Shown here in pieces: positions 28,270 through 38,257 of a stretch of DNA of 64,000 bases (position 1 is the first letter of the stretch; each line of letters begins with the position of its first letter). The notes under the pieces are model-generated. The model did not search any database and was not told where the DNA came from. It worked only from the letters and a program-made list of their open reading frames with translations. Source of the DNA: Gammaproteobacteria bacterium. Lineage in GTDB: Bacteria; Pseudomonadota; Gammaproteobacteria; Eutrophobiales; Eutrophobiaceae. The DNA lies in contig CBDEUK010000002.1 in assembly GCA_965243205.1 (NCBI GenBank), positions 2,269,711-2,333,710 on the forward strand. Direction: 5' to 3'. A program made the translations under genes and the position numbers.

Positions 28270-30354
28270 CTATCTGTTCCTCCAACGTTTAATAGGAAAG
28301 CTGATTCCCATCAGAAACAAACCAATTAATAAATGTAGTAATGCAGGAGTCGCAGTTTGTGGCATTGGGCCAAACACTTTGTCGTGTTGCCATCCATTAG
28401 GAAGGTTGGTTTTTAATGCGTGAGTTTTTAAATCAGTCTGATTATTTCGAGATGGAGTAATATCAACAGCTACGAGAGATGTAAACTTACTCACCAAATG
28501 ATGTTCTAAAGCGACATCCGTTATTTGATTTTCAATCGTTTCTCTTTCAGAGCTTCCAATGCGCAAATCCATTAGCGCAGAAATTTTCCGTCTGGCCCAT
28601 AATTTAGCGATACCATTCTGACTTTGACCGCTGTTCAAATACAATTTTTGGTTCCATGATTGTTCTGACGTATTTCCATTGACAGTGAGTGACGTTGGTA
28701 ATTGTTCAGACTTGATAGCAACTAAAAGTGGTTCGCCCTGATATAATTCTGGAATGGATTGTGGCCATGTTTCAATTTTCGATTGATGAGTGCTATCCCA
28801 TTGTAAATTGATATTCGTTAGCACTGGGTTTTCGATCTTAGTAAATAGATTCAACATCTTTTGTTGGACTTCGGTAATTTTACCAATATAGGTAAACGTA
28901 CCTCGGCCAAATTTAGCGGCACGATTCATAAAGTGAGAGTTTGGTGCTGAACCAATGCCGACTGGAAATAGGCGAGTATCATCTAATTGATTTTTAATAA
29001 CGTTAAACAAAGCATCTTCATTACCAATACTGCCATCGGTCATAAAAATGACTTGCCTTAATTGATAATTTTGATTGTGTTTTTGTAATGCGGCTTTCAT
29101 TGCTGATAACATTTCAGTGCCACCATCTGCGGTTAGTCCATTAATGTATCGACGGGCTTTTGAAATTGAATCGAGTGAATAAACTTCAGGTGTATTAAAT
29201 AATGAGTCAGTGTAAGAATTAAACTGAATAATATTAAATCTATCTCCAGGTTGTAATTGATCCAATGCCAATAACAAAGCAGATTTGGCTTGCTGAATAG
29301 ATTCACCCGCCATAGACCCTGATGTATCGATCACAAAAATCATTTCTCTTTGTAAACGTTCAGGGGAATGTTGAATGTTTGGTAATAACATTAATAAGGC
29401 GTAATCATCGCCATGAATATTTTCATTGAACATAGCTGCATTGATGGTTTGATCTAATTCAGGTTGCCAAACCAATTCAAAATCTCGATTAGCCGGTGTC
29501 GTATGCTTTTTTAGTGAGATGTTATAAATTAATTCATCTGTTTCATTGATATTAATATCATGATACGGGCTATGTATTTGATCTAACTTAAACCCTGCAT
29601 TTAAATTAATTGAAATGCTCACGGGATTTATATCTTTTTTATTAGGTTCGATAACAGGAGGTGTTATTCTGGATGCATCTTCAACTTGATCAGTATTTAT
29701 GGCCCAGCCGGTACCTGAAAAACCTTTTACTTCAATGTTGCCTGGTATATATCTGGGCGCAACTACCATTGGAAAGCGTACACTAAATTTTCCAGAGTCA
29801 TAGCGAATGATTTCTTGATATTCGATTTCGATAATTATTTTTTCGCCGGGTCCTATATTGGCGACAGAGTTAGTAAAGATATTAGGTCTTTCTTGCTCAA
29901 TTAAACTGGCTTTTTTTCCAGCTTTTTTTGCTTCTTGATATATTTTTTTAGCTTGTTCACGTTGTTTGATTTGACCTTCGATAATACGCTCACCAATGAT
30001 CATACGTAGCTGATCAACGGCAGCTTCTTCAGGTAAAGGAAATACATAAACGCCTTCTTGCCATTCGTTGGTTATATTTTCGAATTCTTGTTTAACCGTT
30101 GCTCTAGCGACCATGCCATTGATGACATATTCAACATTTGTGTTAAGTAAAGGCGCAATAGAAAAAACATTATCAGATTTAAATAATAACTGACCCTGTT
30201 TTACATCCTCTTTATGATTCAGTTGCATGAGTGCAACTGAATCCGAGGAAAGAATTTCTTCTGCATAACCATTGCTGGCTATAAGAAAAGTTGAAAAAAA
30301 TATTAATAATGTAATTGTTAATGAGGTTGTTATTGCTTTTAGTACAATACTCAT
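28270..30354 (-). CDS. marine proteobacterial sortase target protein (VIT + vWA)
   Basis: VIT domain, vWA MIDAS DTSGSM, TDG; C-terminal MPQTAT + TM helix + KRWRNR. Confidence 0.92.
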   Translation of the reverse strand: MSIVLKAITTSLTITLLIFFSTFLIASNGYAEEILSSDSVALMQLNHKEDVKQGQLLFKSDNVFSIAPLLNTNVEYVINGMVARATVKQEFENITNEWQEGVYVFPLPEEAAVDQLRMIIGERIIEGQIKQREQAKKIYQEAKKAGKKASLIEQERPNIFTNSVANIGPGEKIIIEIEYQEIIRYDSGKFSVRFPMVVAPRYIPGNIEVKGFSGTGWAINTDQVEDASRITPPVIEPNKKDINPVSISINLNAGFKLDQIHSPYHDININETDELIYNISLKKHTTPANRDFELVWQPELDQTINAAMFNENIHGDDYALLMLLPNIQHSPERLQREMIFVIDTSGSMAGESIQQAKSALLLALDQLQPGDRFNIIQFNSYTDSLFNTPEVYSLDSISKARRYINGLTADGGTEMLSAMKAALQKHNQNYQLRQVIFMTDGSIGNEDALFNVIKNQLDDTRLFPVGIGSAPNSHFMNRAAKFGRGTFTYIGKITEVQQKMLNLFTKIENPVLTNINLQWDSTHQSKIETWPQSIPELYQGEPLLVAIKSEQLPTSLTVNGNTSEQSWNQKLYLNSGQSQNGIAKLWARRKISALMDLRIGSSERETIENQITDVALEHHLVSKFTSLVAVDITPSRNNQTDLKTHALKTNLPNGWQHDKVFGPMPQTATPALLHLLIGLFLMGISFPIKRWRNR

Positions 30355-30355
30355 T

Positions 30356-31054
30356 TTACACCTCGTCTAACAAAGTCAGTTCAATATCGACTCTTCTGTC
30401 GAATACATAGCTGTCTAAATCGTTTAACTCACTGGAATCATTTTCACCAAAGGCATGAATTTGTATACGATTAGAGTCGAGTCCATTTGCAATCAGTTGT
30501 TGAGCAACTGATTGAGCACGTTGCTGACTGAGCTCAAAATTGTAATGTCCCGATCCTCGAGTATCGCTATAAGCATTAATCTGAACATTAATTTCAGGGT
30601 GTTGTTCAATCAAAGACACTAAATTACTAATAGAATCTTCAAATCTTTTTTCTACGGATGAGCTGGCAGTTCGAAAGAAAATAGACATTGAAACACCATC
30701 ACTGAGACTTTGTATTTCTTTATACGCAGTATCGAGTTTTACTTTTTGTAGAGCTTGTTGATGTTCAGAATTAATTCTCACCATTTCTGCTGCGACTTTT
30801 TCAAACTCCATTTTATTTTTTGATAATTCCTGTTCCAATGAATCAATGGATTTTTTGGTTTCTTCTTGTTCACCAACTCCAGAACCAATCGCAGCTCCAA
30901 TAATTAATCCTGGAGGACCAGCAATGATGCCGCCAACTAATGCACCAATACCAAAGCCTTTAACTTGCTCAGGTGTCTGCTCTTGTTCATTAGCAAAAAG
31001 GTTCGGTTGATATAAACTTAACGTTAGTAATGGAATGATTAGTTTGTTTTTCAT
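30356..31054 (-). CDS. pdsO: sortase-associated OmpA-like protein PdsO
   Basis: Start moved to ATG 31054 (signal peptide). Glycine zipper GALVGGIIAGPPG, coiled coil, OmpA C-domain (SDTRG..N.ELSQQRA...DRRV). Confidence 0.85.
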   Translation of the reverse strand: MKNKLIIPLLTLSLYQPNLFANEQEQTPEQVKGFGIGALVGGIIAGPPGLIIGAAIGSGVGEQEETKKSIDSLEQELSKNKMEFEKVAAEMVRINSEHQQALQKVKLDTAYKEIQSLSDGVSMSIFFRTASSSVEKRFEDSISNLVSLIEQHPEINVQINAYSDTRGSGHYNFELSQQRAQSVAQQLIANGLDSNRIQIHAFGENDSSELNDLDSYVFDRRVDIELTLLDEV

Positions 31055-31123
31055 AATGTTTGCCTCTGTGTATCTTGCGTTAAAAGAAATCACTGTTTTA
31101 GTGATAACAATTAAAAACCATTG

Positions 31124-31193
31124 AAATGGCGATAAGAGGTGTCTAAATGGGAAAACTACTGACGAATTATGGCAAAAATATGGCAATTGCCAT
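31124..31193. promoter_or_regulatory. phased ATGGC/GA repeats, candidate PdsR binding array
   Basis: AAATGGCGA (31124), AAATGGGAA (31145), TTATGGCAA (31167), ATATGGCAA (31178); spacings 21/22/11 bp; ends in the palindrome ATGGCAATTGCCAT. Confidence 0.5.
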
Positions 31194-31266
31194 TTAATGG
31201 TTAAATAGCTGTTGAGTTTGTTCTAAACTTGCATCGCACAATTAAAATATCAATAAAAATGAGAAA

Positions 31267-31959
31267 GTGATGCCTAAACGAATTGTCTTAGTTGAAGATG
31301 ACCCTGCTCTTAGAGAAAACTACGCCTCTGCGATCCTTCGTCAAGGATATGAATTAGAATCGTTTGATAATAAAGTGACCGCAACAGAGTCATTTAATAA
31401 ACAGTTACCTGACTTAGCTATTCTAGATATCAGTTTAGGCGATGAACCTGAGGCCGGGTTTGAATTATGTCGTCTATTGCGAGCTAAGTCTGAACAAGTT
31501 CCAATTATTTTTTTTACAGCGAGAGATTCGGAATTGGATACTATTTCTGGTTTACGTTTAGGTGCGGATGATTATTTAACCAAGAATATAACACTTGAAC
31601 AATTAACTGCGAGAGTTGCAGCTTTATTAAGAAGAGTTGATGCATTAACTAAATCGACGAACCAATCACAAATAATAGAACAAGGTAATTTACTCATCGA
31701 CACTGATTGCATGACTATAAAGTGGCAAGATAAAGCGGTTGATTTAACGTTGACTGAATTTTGGATAGTACATTCTTTAGCGAAAATTGCGGGTCATGTG
31801 AAAAGTCGTGAACAACTTATGCAAGATGCAAAAATATTTGTTGATGATGGTACGGTGACATCTCATATAAAACGCATACGTAAAAAATTTAAAAAAATTG
31901 ATGAACAATTCGATTCAGTCGAAACTATTTACGGTATGGGATATCGTTGGAATATCTAA
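31267..31959 (+). CDS. pdsR: proteobacterial dedicated sortase system response regulator (OmpR family)
   Basis: REC + wHTH; LRENY, DTISGLRLGADDYLTK, TSHIKRIRKKF; divergent from pdsO. Confidence 0.88.
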   Translation: MMPKRIVLVEDDPALRENYASAILRQGYELESFDNKVTATESFNKQLPDLAILDISLGDEPEAGFELCRLLRAKSEQVPIIFFTARDSELDTISGLRLGADDYLTKNITLEQLTARVAALLRRVDALTKSTNQSQIIEQGNLLIDTDCMTIKWQDKAVDLTLTEFWIVHSLAKIAGHVKSREQLMQDAKIFVDDGTVTSHIKRIRKKFKKIDEQFDSVETIYGMGYRWNI

Positions 31960-31976
31960 GTATCTAAGTATTTAAG

Positions 31977-34067
31977 ATGAAAACAAAAAAGTCTTTTCGA
32001 TTCTCTTTACGATCAAAGCTGTTTATATTGTCGCTGACATTCTTACTGGTTCCTTATGTAGCTTATCGTTCATTAGTCGAGTTGGAAAATAGCTTACGAT
32101 TCCGCTTAGAAGATACATTATTAGAAGTCGGCAATTCGATTTCTGCTTTCTTGAGTGATAGAGATGAATTATTAAGACATGATGTTTCAACAGCAAATGA
32201 TTACATTTTTGTCCATGACTTAAAGTATCCAATATTATTAGATGGATATGGAGATGAATGGAGTGAATTATTACCTTGGGCTAATCGTTACCAAAGTGAT
32301 TTGAATAGCGAATTTTCTTATCGATTAATGTTTGGTCGCTACAATAATTCATTATATATATTAATTGACGTTAACGATTCTACGCAGATATATCAAAATC
32401 CAAGTCAATCTACCATAAAAAATAGTGACCATATTTCTCTGGTTGTCCAAAATCAAGATAACGAATCGAAAACATATGAATTAGCGCCTGAAGCTCCAGG
32501 TAAATTTTTTCCATTCATTTTGGAACCTTATTGGTTACAACAACAAGATATAGGTTTAACGGATCCTGAATATCGAAAAATTTATTTGACGAATATTCAA
32601 GCCTATTGGCAAAGAACAGAGAAAGGTTATACCGTAGAATTAGAAATACCTTGGAACATCGCACCAAAATTTTTAGGCACGATAGTGCATGATGCGACTT
32701 CAAAACAGGATGAACCAATTTCAATTGCCAGTTTTGATCAAGATAGCACAAATAATTTAAGCCAATTAATTCAACAATCAAAAGAATTAAATACGATCAT
32801 TCGTAGTTTAGGCGTGACAAAAAATCGTCGAGTTTGGGTTTTAGATACAATAGGGCAGGTTGTTGCGGTTGATGGCACCTTGAAAGCAAAATTAAAGAAA
32901 ACGCCAGTCAATTTATTATATGAAATTTTATTACCAAAAACATATGAACGGTTTAATGATGAATTAAGTGAAGCCTCGCGTTTACAAGGTAAAGAAATAC
33001 AAGCAGCGTTGAATGGAACAGCACAAAGTCGCTGGCGAGCATCCAATGATGATAAGGCAGTCATTTTATCGGCAGCTGTACCAATAGTACAAGATGGTAT
33101 TGTGAAAGGTATTGTGGTCGTTGAAGAAACTACTAATAGTATTCAGTTGTTAAAACGAGATGCGTTAACTAATTTAATTAATAAAACTTTAATTGTATTT
33201 ATTGCCATTACCGCGATGATCTTATTGTTTGCGAGTTATTTATCATTTCGTTTACGCAAACTATCTCAACAGGCAGAACAAGCCATTGATGAACATGGTC
33301 GCGTGGTTGGAGAAATCACATTAAAAGAATCAAATGATGAACTTGGTGAGCTGGTCGCAAATTACAAAAAGATATTGTCTCGTTTAAAACAATATCATCA
33401 CTATTTAGAAACAATGGCGAGTAAATTATCTCACGAATTACGCACACCAATAACAGTTGTTAAGTCTTCATTAGATAATTTTGAACAGGAAGATAATGCA
33501 GTAAAACAAAAAGAATATCTTGAACGAGCAAATCAAGGTATAGAACAATTAAACCATATAATCTCACGTCTCAGTGAAGCCACACGTCTAGAAAATATCT
33601 TAAATGATTCGGAATTAGAATCGGTAGATATAATAAAATTAGTATCGGATTGTGTTTCAGCCTATCAAGATGCCTATGCTCCAGTCCTTATAAAACTAAA
33701 AGTAAACTCAGAAAAAAGTTTTATGAAAGTAGCCCCTGATTTAATTGTGCAAATGCTAGATAAATTAATTCAAAATGCAGTCGATTTTCATGCAGAAGGT
33801 TCGACCATAGATTTTATTCTTTCTGAAAATGATAAGGCTTTTAATATCGATATCGTTAATCAGGGCCCGATTCTTTCTGAAGAAATTTCATCGCAACTAT
33901 TCCAATCAATGACCACACAGCGTAGTAATAATACTAATGGCCAACCTCACTTAGGTTTAGGTTTGTATATTGTAAGAATGATTGTCGAATTTCATTTAGG
34001 AACAGTACAAGCGAGCAATTTGGATGATCAAATAGGAGTTCGTTTTTCGGTTAAGTTACCGAAATAA
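31977..34067 (+). CDS. pdsS: proteobacterial dedicated sortase system histidine kinase
   Basis: Two TMs around a large periplasmic domain (LDGY.DEW), HAMP, SHELRTP, HLGLGLYIV. Confidence 0.85.
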   Translation: MKTKKSFRFSLRSKLFILSLTFLLVPYVAYRSLVELENSLRFRLEDTLLEVGNSISAFLSDRDELLRHDVSTANDYIFVHDLKYPILLDGYGDEWSELLPWANRYQSDLNSEFSYRLMFGRYNNSLYILIDVNDSTQIYQNPSQSTIKNSDHISLVVQNQDNESKTYELAPEAPGKFFPFILEPYWLQQQDIGLTDPEYRKIYLTNIQAYWQRTEKGYTVELEIPWNIAPKFLGTIVHDATSKQDEPISIASFDQDSTNNLSQLIQQSKELNTIIRSLGVTKNRRVWVLDTIGQVVAVDGTLKAKLKKTPVNLLYEILLPKTYERFNDELSEASRLQGKEIQAALNGTAQSRWRASNDDKAVILSAAVPIVQDGIVKGIVVVEETTNSIQLLKRDALTNLINKTLIVFIAITAMILLFASYLSFRLRKLSQQAEQAIDEHGRVVGEITLKESNDELGELVANYKKILSRLKQYHHYLETMASKLSHELRTPITVVKSSLDNFEQEDNAVKQKEYLERANQGIEQLNHIISRLSEATRLENILNDSELESVDIIKLVSDCVSAYQDAYAPVLIKLKVNSEKSFMKVAPDLIVQMLDKLIQNAVDFHAEGSTIDFILSENDKAFNIDIVNQGPILSEEISSQLFQSMTTQRSNNTNGQPHLGLGLYIVRMIVEFHLGTVQASNLDDQIGVRFSVKLPK

Positions 34068-34073
34068 TCGAGC

Positions 34074-34763
34074 TTAATACCAATTTTGAATGCTTTTTTC
34101 TGCCTGAGAATTAAGTGGTCTTGCAATTAAGCCTGTTTGAGTAAGTACCAGTTCAAATTCAGCCTGATCTTGCATGGGAAGATAACTGGCAGTGCCATAG
34201 AGCGCATCGATTAGCGGTAAGTATGTTTGATATTGTCTAATTAATGGCCAGATATCGGTGGTAGCTTGTTCGGTGAGCGCAAATACCGTGCGGTCTTTTT
34301 GCATTTCAGATTCTATACTCGAATAACGTCCACTGATCCGCTCAAGTTGGTAGTGAGAATCTAGGCCTAGCCAAATAACAGGGTATTTCCATTTTAATAT
34401 TCTGGCATCTATCTGCCATTCATCGCCTTTTAGTTCGAAAATTTGTCGTTGTTTTTCATTGGTATGATCTACTGATACAAGGTAATGTTGTGAAGCTAAT
34501 TCTTGCATGTGAATTTTGGCAAGAGGGCGCTCAAATGTAAGGCGGTGATAGGTATATAAATTACTTAAAATTAGAAATAAAATAGCCGCCACACTGAGCA
34601 AACTGATGCCTAAAGTGGAACCGACACAGCATTTCATCAGGCGTTTCTTTTTTATTTGTGAACCAGCCCACAAAATAAAAAATAGCCCAGATAAGCCGAG
34701 AATAGATACTAATATTATATGTAGATGGTTGTAATCTATTAAGGCCGCAGTAGCAGTATCCAT
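34074..34763 (-). CDS. conserved hypothetical membrane protein
   Basis: Two N-terminal TMs; GDEWQIDARILKW, LERISGRY, DALYG.A.YLPM. Confidence 0.7.
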   Translation of the reverse strand: MDTATAALIDYNHLHIILVSILGLSGLFFILWAGSQIKKKRLMKCCVGSTLGISLLSVAAILFLILSNLYTYHRLTFERPLAKIHMQELASQHYLVSVDHTNEKQRQIFELKGDEWQIDARILKWKYPVIWLGLDSHYQLERISGRYSSIESEMQKDRTVFALTEQATTDIWPLIRQYQTYLPLIDALYGTASYLPMQDQAEFELVLTQTGLIARPLNSQAEKSIQNWY

Positions 34764-34884
34764 CGGTCGTTTCTCTATTTTCTAGTTGCTAAACATTATG
34801 GCACTAAACGGCTGGTTGGCTCAAAAATTGAAAGTCAAAAGACGGTCACATAATTATTATTATTAGATAGGTATGGATTGATAC

Positions 34885-36849
34885 ATGTTGGAAAATGATA
34901 CAGAAATCTCAAAACTGATAAGAAAATTAATTCCAATCAATGAGTTAACTGAAAAAATACAAAATAAAGTTATCAGTAATGCGGATTTACTTGAGATAAA
35001 AAAAGGCAAATATTTATTTCGTAAAGGCGATAAAGATCATTTCTCCTATTATTTATTGAGCGGAGAGATAGATTTAGTCAGTGACCGACAAATTCATGAC
35101 ACAATAAAAGAAGGCACCGATCGCTCACTTTACGCGATGGCGCAATTACAGCCACGACAATTCTCCGCAGTTGCTAAAAAGACAGCACAAGTTTTAAAGG
35201 TTAACCGCACTGTTCTAGACAAATTACTATTAGTTTCCAAACAATCCTCAGATAAAAAAGCCAACCTTGCTGACACCATATCAGGTCCTGGTGATCTTGA
35301 AGTTAATGAGATCGATGACGATGATGATAATTTAGATTGGATGTCGCGGCTGCTGCAATCCGAACTGTTTATGAAAATACCTTCGGGCAACATTCAAAAA
35401 TTGTTTGGCTTGCTTGAATCCGATAATTACAAAGCTGGGCAAGTCGTCATCGAACAAGGCCAAGAAGGCGAACATTACTATGTAATACAAGAAGGCAAAT
35501 GTGTCGTAACACGAAAAGCCGGTGCCAGTTCTAATCCCATTAAATTAGCCCAGCTAAAAGTTGGTGATAGTTTTGGCGAAGAATCGCTATTAATGGATAC
35601 AAAATGTAATGCAAACGTGAGTATGGAAACTGATGGCGTATTAATGCGTTTGAGTAAAGAAAACTTTATTGAACTCATTAAAAAGCCTACCTTGCAAACT
35701 GTTTCTTATGACAAAGCCGAAGAACTTATAAAAGTAGGTGCAGAGTGGTTAGATGTACGATTTGAATCAGAGCATAATCAATCGTATATCGAAGGCAGCC
35801 AGAATATTCCTCTTAATTTACTCAGAACCCAAGTCAAAAAACTTTCAACAGATACTCAATACATTACTTATTGTGATACTGGTGCTAGGAGCTCTGCTGC
35901 TGCTTTTTTGTTAACTGAACGTGGTTATAAAGTTTTATATTTAGATGGTGGATTAATTTCGCAACAGGATATTCCTAATCTTATATCTAATAATGAACCT
36001 GAAGTTGAAACAGAGGAAGAAGCTAAAGTAGAGGCTGCCAGCGTAGAGGTAGAGTCAGAAGTAAGCAAAACATCTGAATCGGATAATGTAGCGAGTATTG
36101 CTGAAAAATCAATTTCTGAAAATAAAGATTCTGATAAAGACTTTGAAGCTTTAAAAGAAAAATATAAAAAGCAGTTACAAAGCGAGAGAACCGCTTTACA
36201 AGAAAAATACACTGAAGCACAAAGAATGTTAGATAAAGCTAAGCTAATCCGACAAGAAGCTGAAAAGTCTAGAGAAAAACTCGACGCTGATATTGAAAAA
36301 CGTAGTTCAGTTATTGAACTATCTCAACAGAAAGTTTTAAAAGATTTACAATCAAAAGTGGACGATTTAGAAGCTTCTAAAGAGAAATTGGAAGAAAAGA
36401 ATAAAACATTACTATCCAAACGCGTTGAATTAGAAAATGAATTAAATAGTAAAAAAGAAGAGCTAACAAACAGCAAAGAAGAAAAAGAATCTTTGGAAAA
36501 GAAAATCGAAGAATTAACTAATTCATTAAAAGCAGCAAATGAAGAAAAGCTTAAAGCTCTGCAAGATTCTTTAAAAGTAAAACAAGATGCTAAACGCATC
36601 ATAGAAACCTATAAAGAAAAACATAAAATGTTGTACCAAATGGAAGAAGAAATCATTCAACAAGAGTTACAAACCTTGGATGAAGAAAGTTCTCAATTTT
36701 CTTTTGATAATGTCACACAAATGGATGCTGCATCTGATGTCGATGAAGTGGAAGATAAACCCCAAGAAGCTTCAAAACTCGATGATAATTCGCGCAGTGA
36801 GATGAGCGAAAAGTTGATGCAAGAAATATCTTCTCAGTTAGGCAAGTAA
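34885..36849 (+). CDS. tandem cNMP-binding + rhodanese + coiled-coil protein (paralog 1)
   Basis: Two CNB domains (LFRKGD..YYLLSGEI; IEQGQEG.HYYVIQEG...FGEESLL), rhodanese (WLDVR...YCDTGARS), E/K-rich coiled coil. Confidence 0.85.
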   Translation: MLENDTEISKLIRKLIPINELTEKIQNKVISNADLLEIKKGKYLFRKGDKDHFSYYLLSGEIDLVSDRQIHDTIKEGTDRSLYAMAQLQPRQFSAVAKKTAQVLKVNRTVLDKLLLVSKQSSDKKANLADTISGPGDLEVNEIDDDDDNLDWMSRLLQSELFMKIPSGNIQKLFGLLESDNYKAGQVVIEQGQEGEHYYVIQEGKCVVTRKAGASSNPIKLAQLKVGDSFGEESLLMDTKCNANVSMETDGVLMRLSKENFIELIKKPTLQTVSYDKAEELIKVGAEWLDVRFESEHNQSYIEGSQNIPLNLLRTQVKKLSTDTQYITYCDTGARSSAAAFLLTERGYKVLYLDGGLISQQDIPNLISNNEPEVETEEEAKVEAASVEVESEVSKTSESDNVASIAEKSISENKDSDKDFEALKEKYKKQLQSERTALQEKYTEAQRMLDKAKLIRQEAEKSREKLDADIEKRSSVIELSQQKVLKDLQSKVDDLEASKEKLEEKNKTLLSKRVELENELNSKKEELTNSKEEKESLEKKIEELTNSLKAANEEKLKALQDSLKVKQDAKRIIETYKEKHKMLYQMEEEIIQQELQTLDEESSQFSFDNVTQMDAASDVDEVEDKPQEASKLDDNSRSEMSEKLMQEISSQLGK

Positions 36850-36951
36850 CGTTATTTATCCCAGTTAATCATAAGAACAATATCCTATCATTAATCAATA
36901 AGTGGTATGCTACCGCTTTTTTGTAATCTTTAGTGATAGGAGAAATATTTT

Positions 36952-37500
36952 ATGAGCGATCGAATCGTTATGCGTGTTGGAGAATCTTTAGTAGCCGGTG
37001 GGCCGCCAGGGACTGCAGCAGAGCCTGAAGTAGCGATTGGCGAGTTAGATGGCCCAATGGGAGCTGCATTTGCTAATCAATTAGCAGACCAAAATAAAGG
37101 CCACTCAAAAGTTTTAGCCATCTTGAATACAGACATCATGGTGCGACCTGCGACATTGATGGTTAGCAAAGTTACGGTTAATAATTCACGTTACACCAAT
37201 ATTTTAATGGGTACTGTACAAGGCGCGATTGCTAATGGCGTGCTAGACAGCGTTCGTAGTGGCGTTATTCCAAAAGAAAAAGCCAATGAATTGGGCATTA
37301 TTGTTTCTGTTTGGTTAAATCCTAGCGTAGCAACCACTGATGATTTGGATCACAAAGTTCTGTTTGATATCCATCGTAAAGCAACAGCACAAGCAATTGA
37401 GAAGGCAATGAATCATCAGCCTGATATCGATTGGTTATTGGATAATCAGGAAGATATTGTCCATAAGTATTATCAAATGGGTTTGGACGGGAAAATCTAA
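36952..37500 (+). CDS. fae: formaldehyde-activating enzyme family protein (divergent paralog)
   Basis: VGESLV, RPATLMVSKVTV, G.VQGAIANGVLDSV..G.IP, AT..AI.KAM..QP match the Fae fold. Confidence 0.8.
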   Translation: MSDRIVMRVGESLVAGGPPGTAAEPEVAIGELDGPMGAAFANQLADQNKGHSKVLAILNTDIMVRPATLMVSKVTVNNSRYTNILMGTVQGAIANGVLDSVRSGVIPKEKANELGIIVSVWLNPSVATTDDLDHKVLFDIHRKATAQAIEKAMNHQPDIDWLLDNQEDIVHKYYQMGLDGKI

Positions 37501-37506
37501 AATGAT

Positions 37507-37536
37507 TGGAAACTCTCGCTAGAGAGTTTCCATTTT
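37507..37536. terminator. intrinsic terminator after fae
   Basis: TGGAAACTCTC-gcta-GAGAGTTTCCA-TTTT. Confidence 0.75.
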
Positions 37537-37576
37537 ATATGGGATTAGAATTTACGGTTCAATGTTCGTTTAAGGA

Positions 37577-37855
37577 CTATTTATTCGGCTCTTTGCCATT
37601 AATTTCGTAATTACGGAGATTATCAATAATATCGATCAATCTTTGAATACTGTTAAGATGTGCTTTATACACTGTGAATATCCCCACAGCGAAAGCTGAT
37701 TTAGCTTCACCCAAAGATTTTAAGCGTTTACTGTAATATTCAAGATCTCTTATCAAATCATCTTCAGTATCCATGAGTAATTTCTCATACTCAAAAAATT
37801 CCTCGTAATGTTTTTTCTCCTCATCTGATAAAGACATGATGTCTTGTAACTTCAT
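37577..37855 (-). CDS. hypothetical helical protein (92 aa)
   Basis: ORF with RBS GGAGAT and an upstream sigma54 promoter; no recognisable family. Confidence 0.6.
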   Translation of the reverse strand: MKLQDIMSLSDEEKKHYEEFFEYEKLLMDTEDDLIRDLEYYSKRLKSLGEAKSAFAVGIFTVYKAHLNSIQRLIDIIDNLRNYEINGKEPNK

Positions 37856-37887
37856 AGACTATCTCCAAATAAATTTATAGCTTATTT

Positions 37888-37904
37888 AGCAATCGAAATG
37901 CCAA
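37888..37904 (-). promoter_or_regulatory. sigma54 (-24/-12) promoter
   Basis: Minus strand TTGGCATTTCGATTGCT = TGGCAY-N5-TTGCW. IHF-like AATCAATTACTTA at 37967-37979. Confidence 0.7.
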
Positions 37905-37914
37905 TCAAAAATTT

Positions 37915-37930
37915 TGTGACGAGATTTACA
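37915..37930. promoter_or_regulatory. CRP/Vfr-like box
   Basis: TGTGA-cgagat-TTACA, one mismatch to TGTGA-N6-TCACA. Confidence 0.5.
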
Positions 37931-38109
37931 TTTGCATAAAAATAAATAAAGGTTAAATTATATTAAAATCAATTACTTATAGTTATTTAGCTTTTGAACG
38001 GAATTAGTTCTAATTTTGAAAATAAAATATTTATATAAAATATGTCGTTCTATAGTGACGAAATATTTGATTAAGATAGTAATAATTCAATATTGGATGG
38101 TTTCATATA

Positions 38110-38125
38110 TGAGATATTGGTCACA
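38110..38125. promoter_or_regulatory. CRP/Vfr-like box
   Basis: TGAGA-tattgg-TCACA, about 130 bp upstream of the cNMP-binding gene at 38258. Confidence 0.5.
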
Positions 38126-38257
38126 CTATGATCTTGTTAAAAAGCTACTAAAACCAATATAATCGGGTACTTAGCGGAAGGTTTCAATAATTTCTCTACC
38201 GTTTATAGATTTTCCATTTAGTTATTTTTCAAGACTCATCACGGCAGATGAAGGTTT

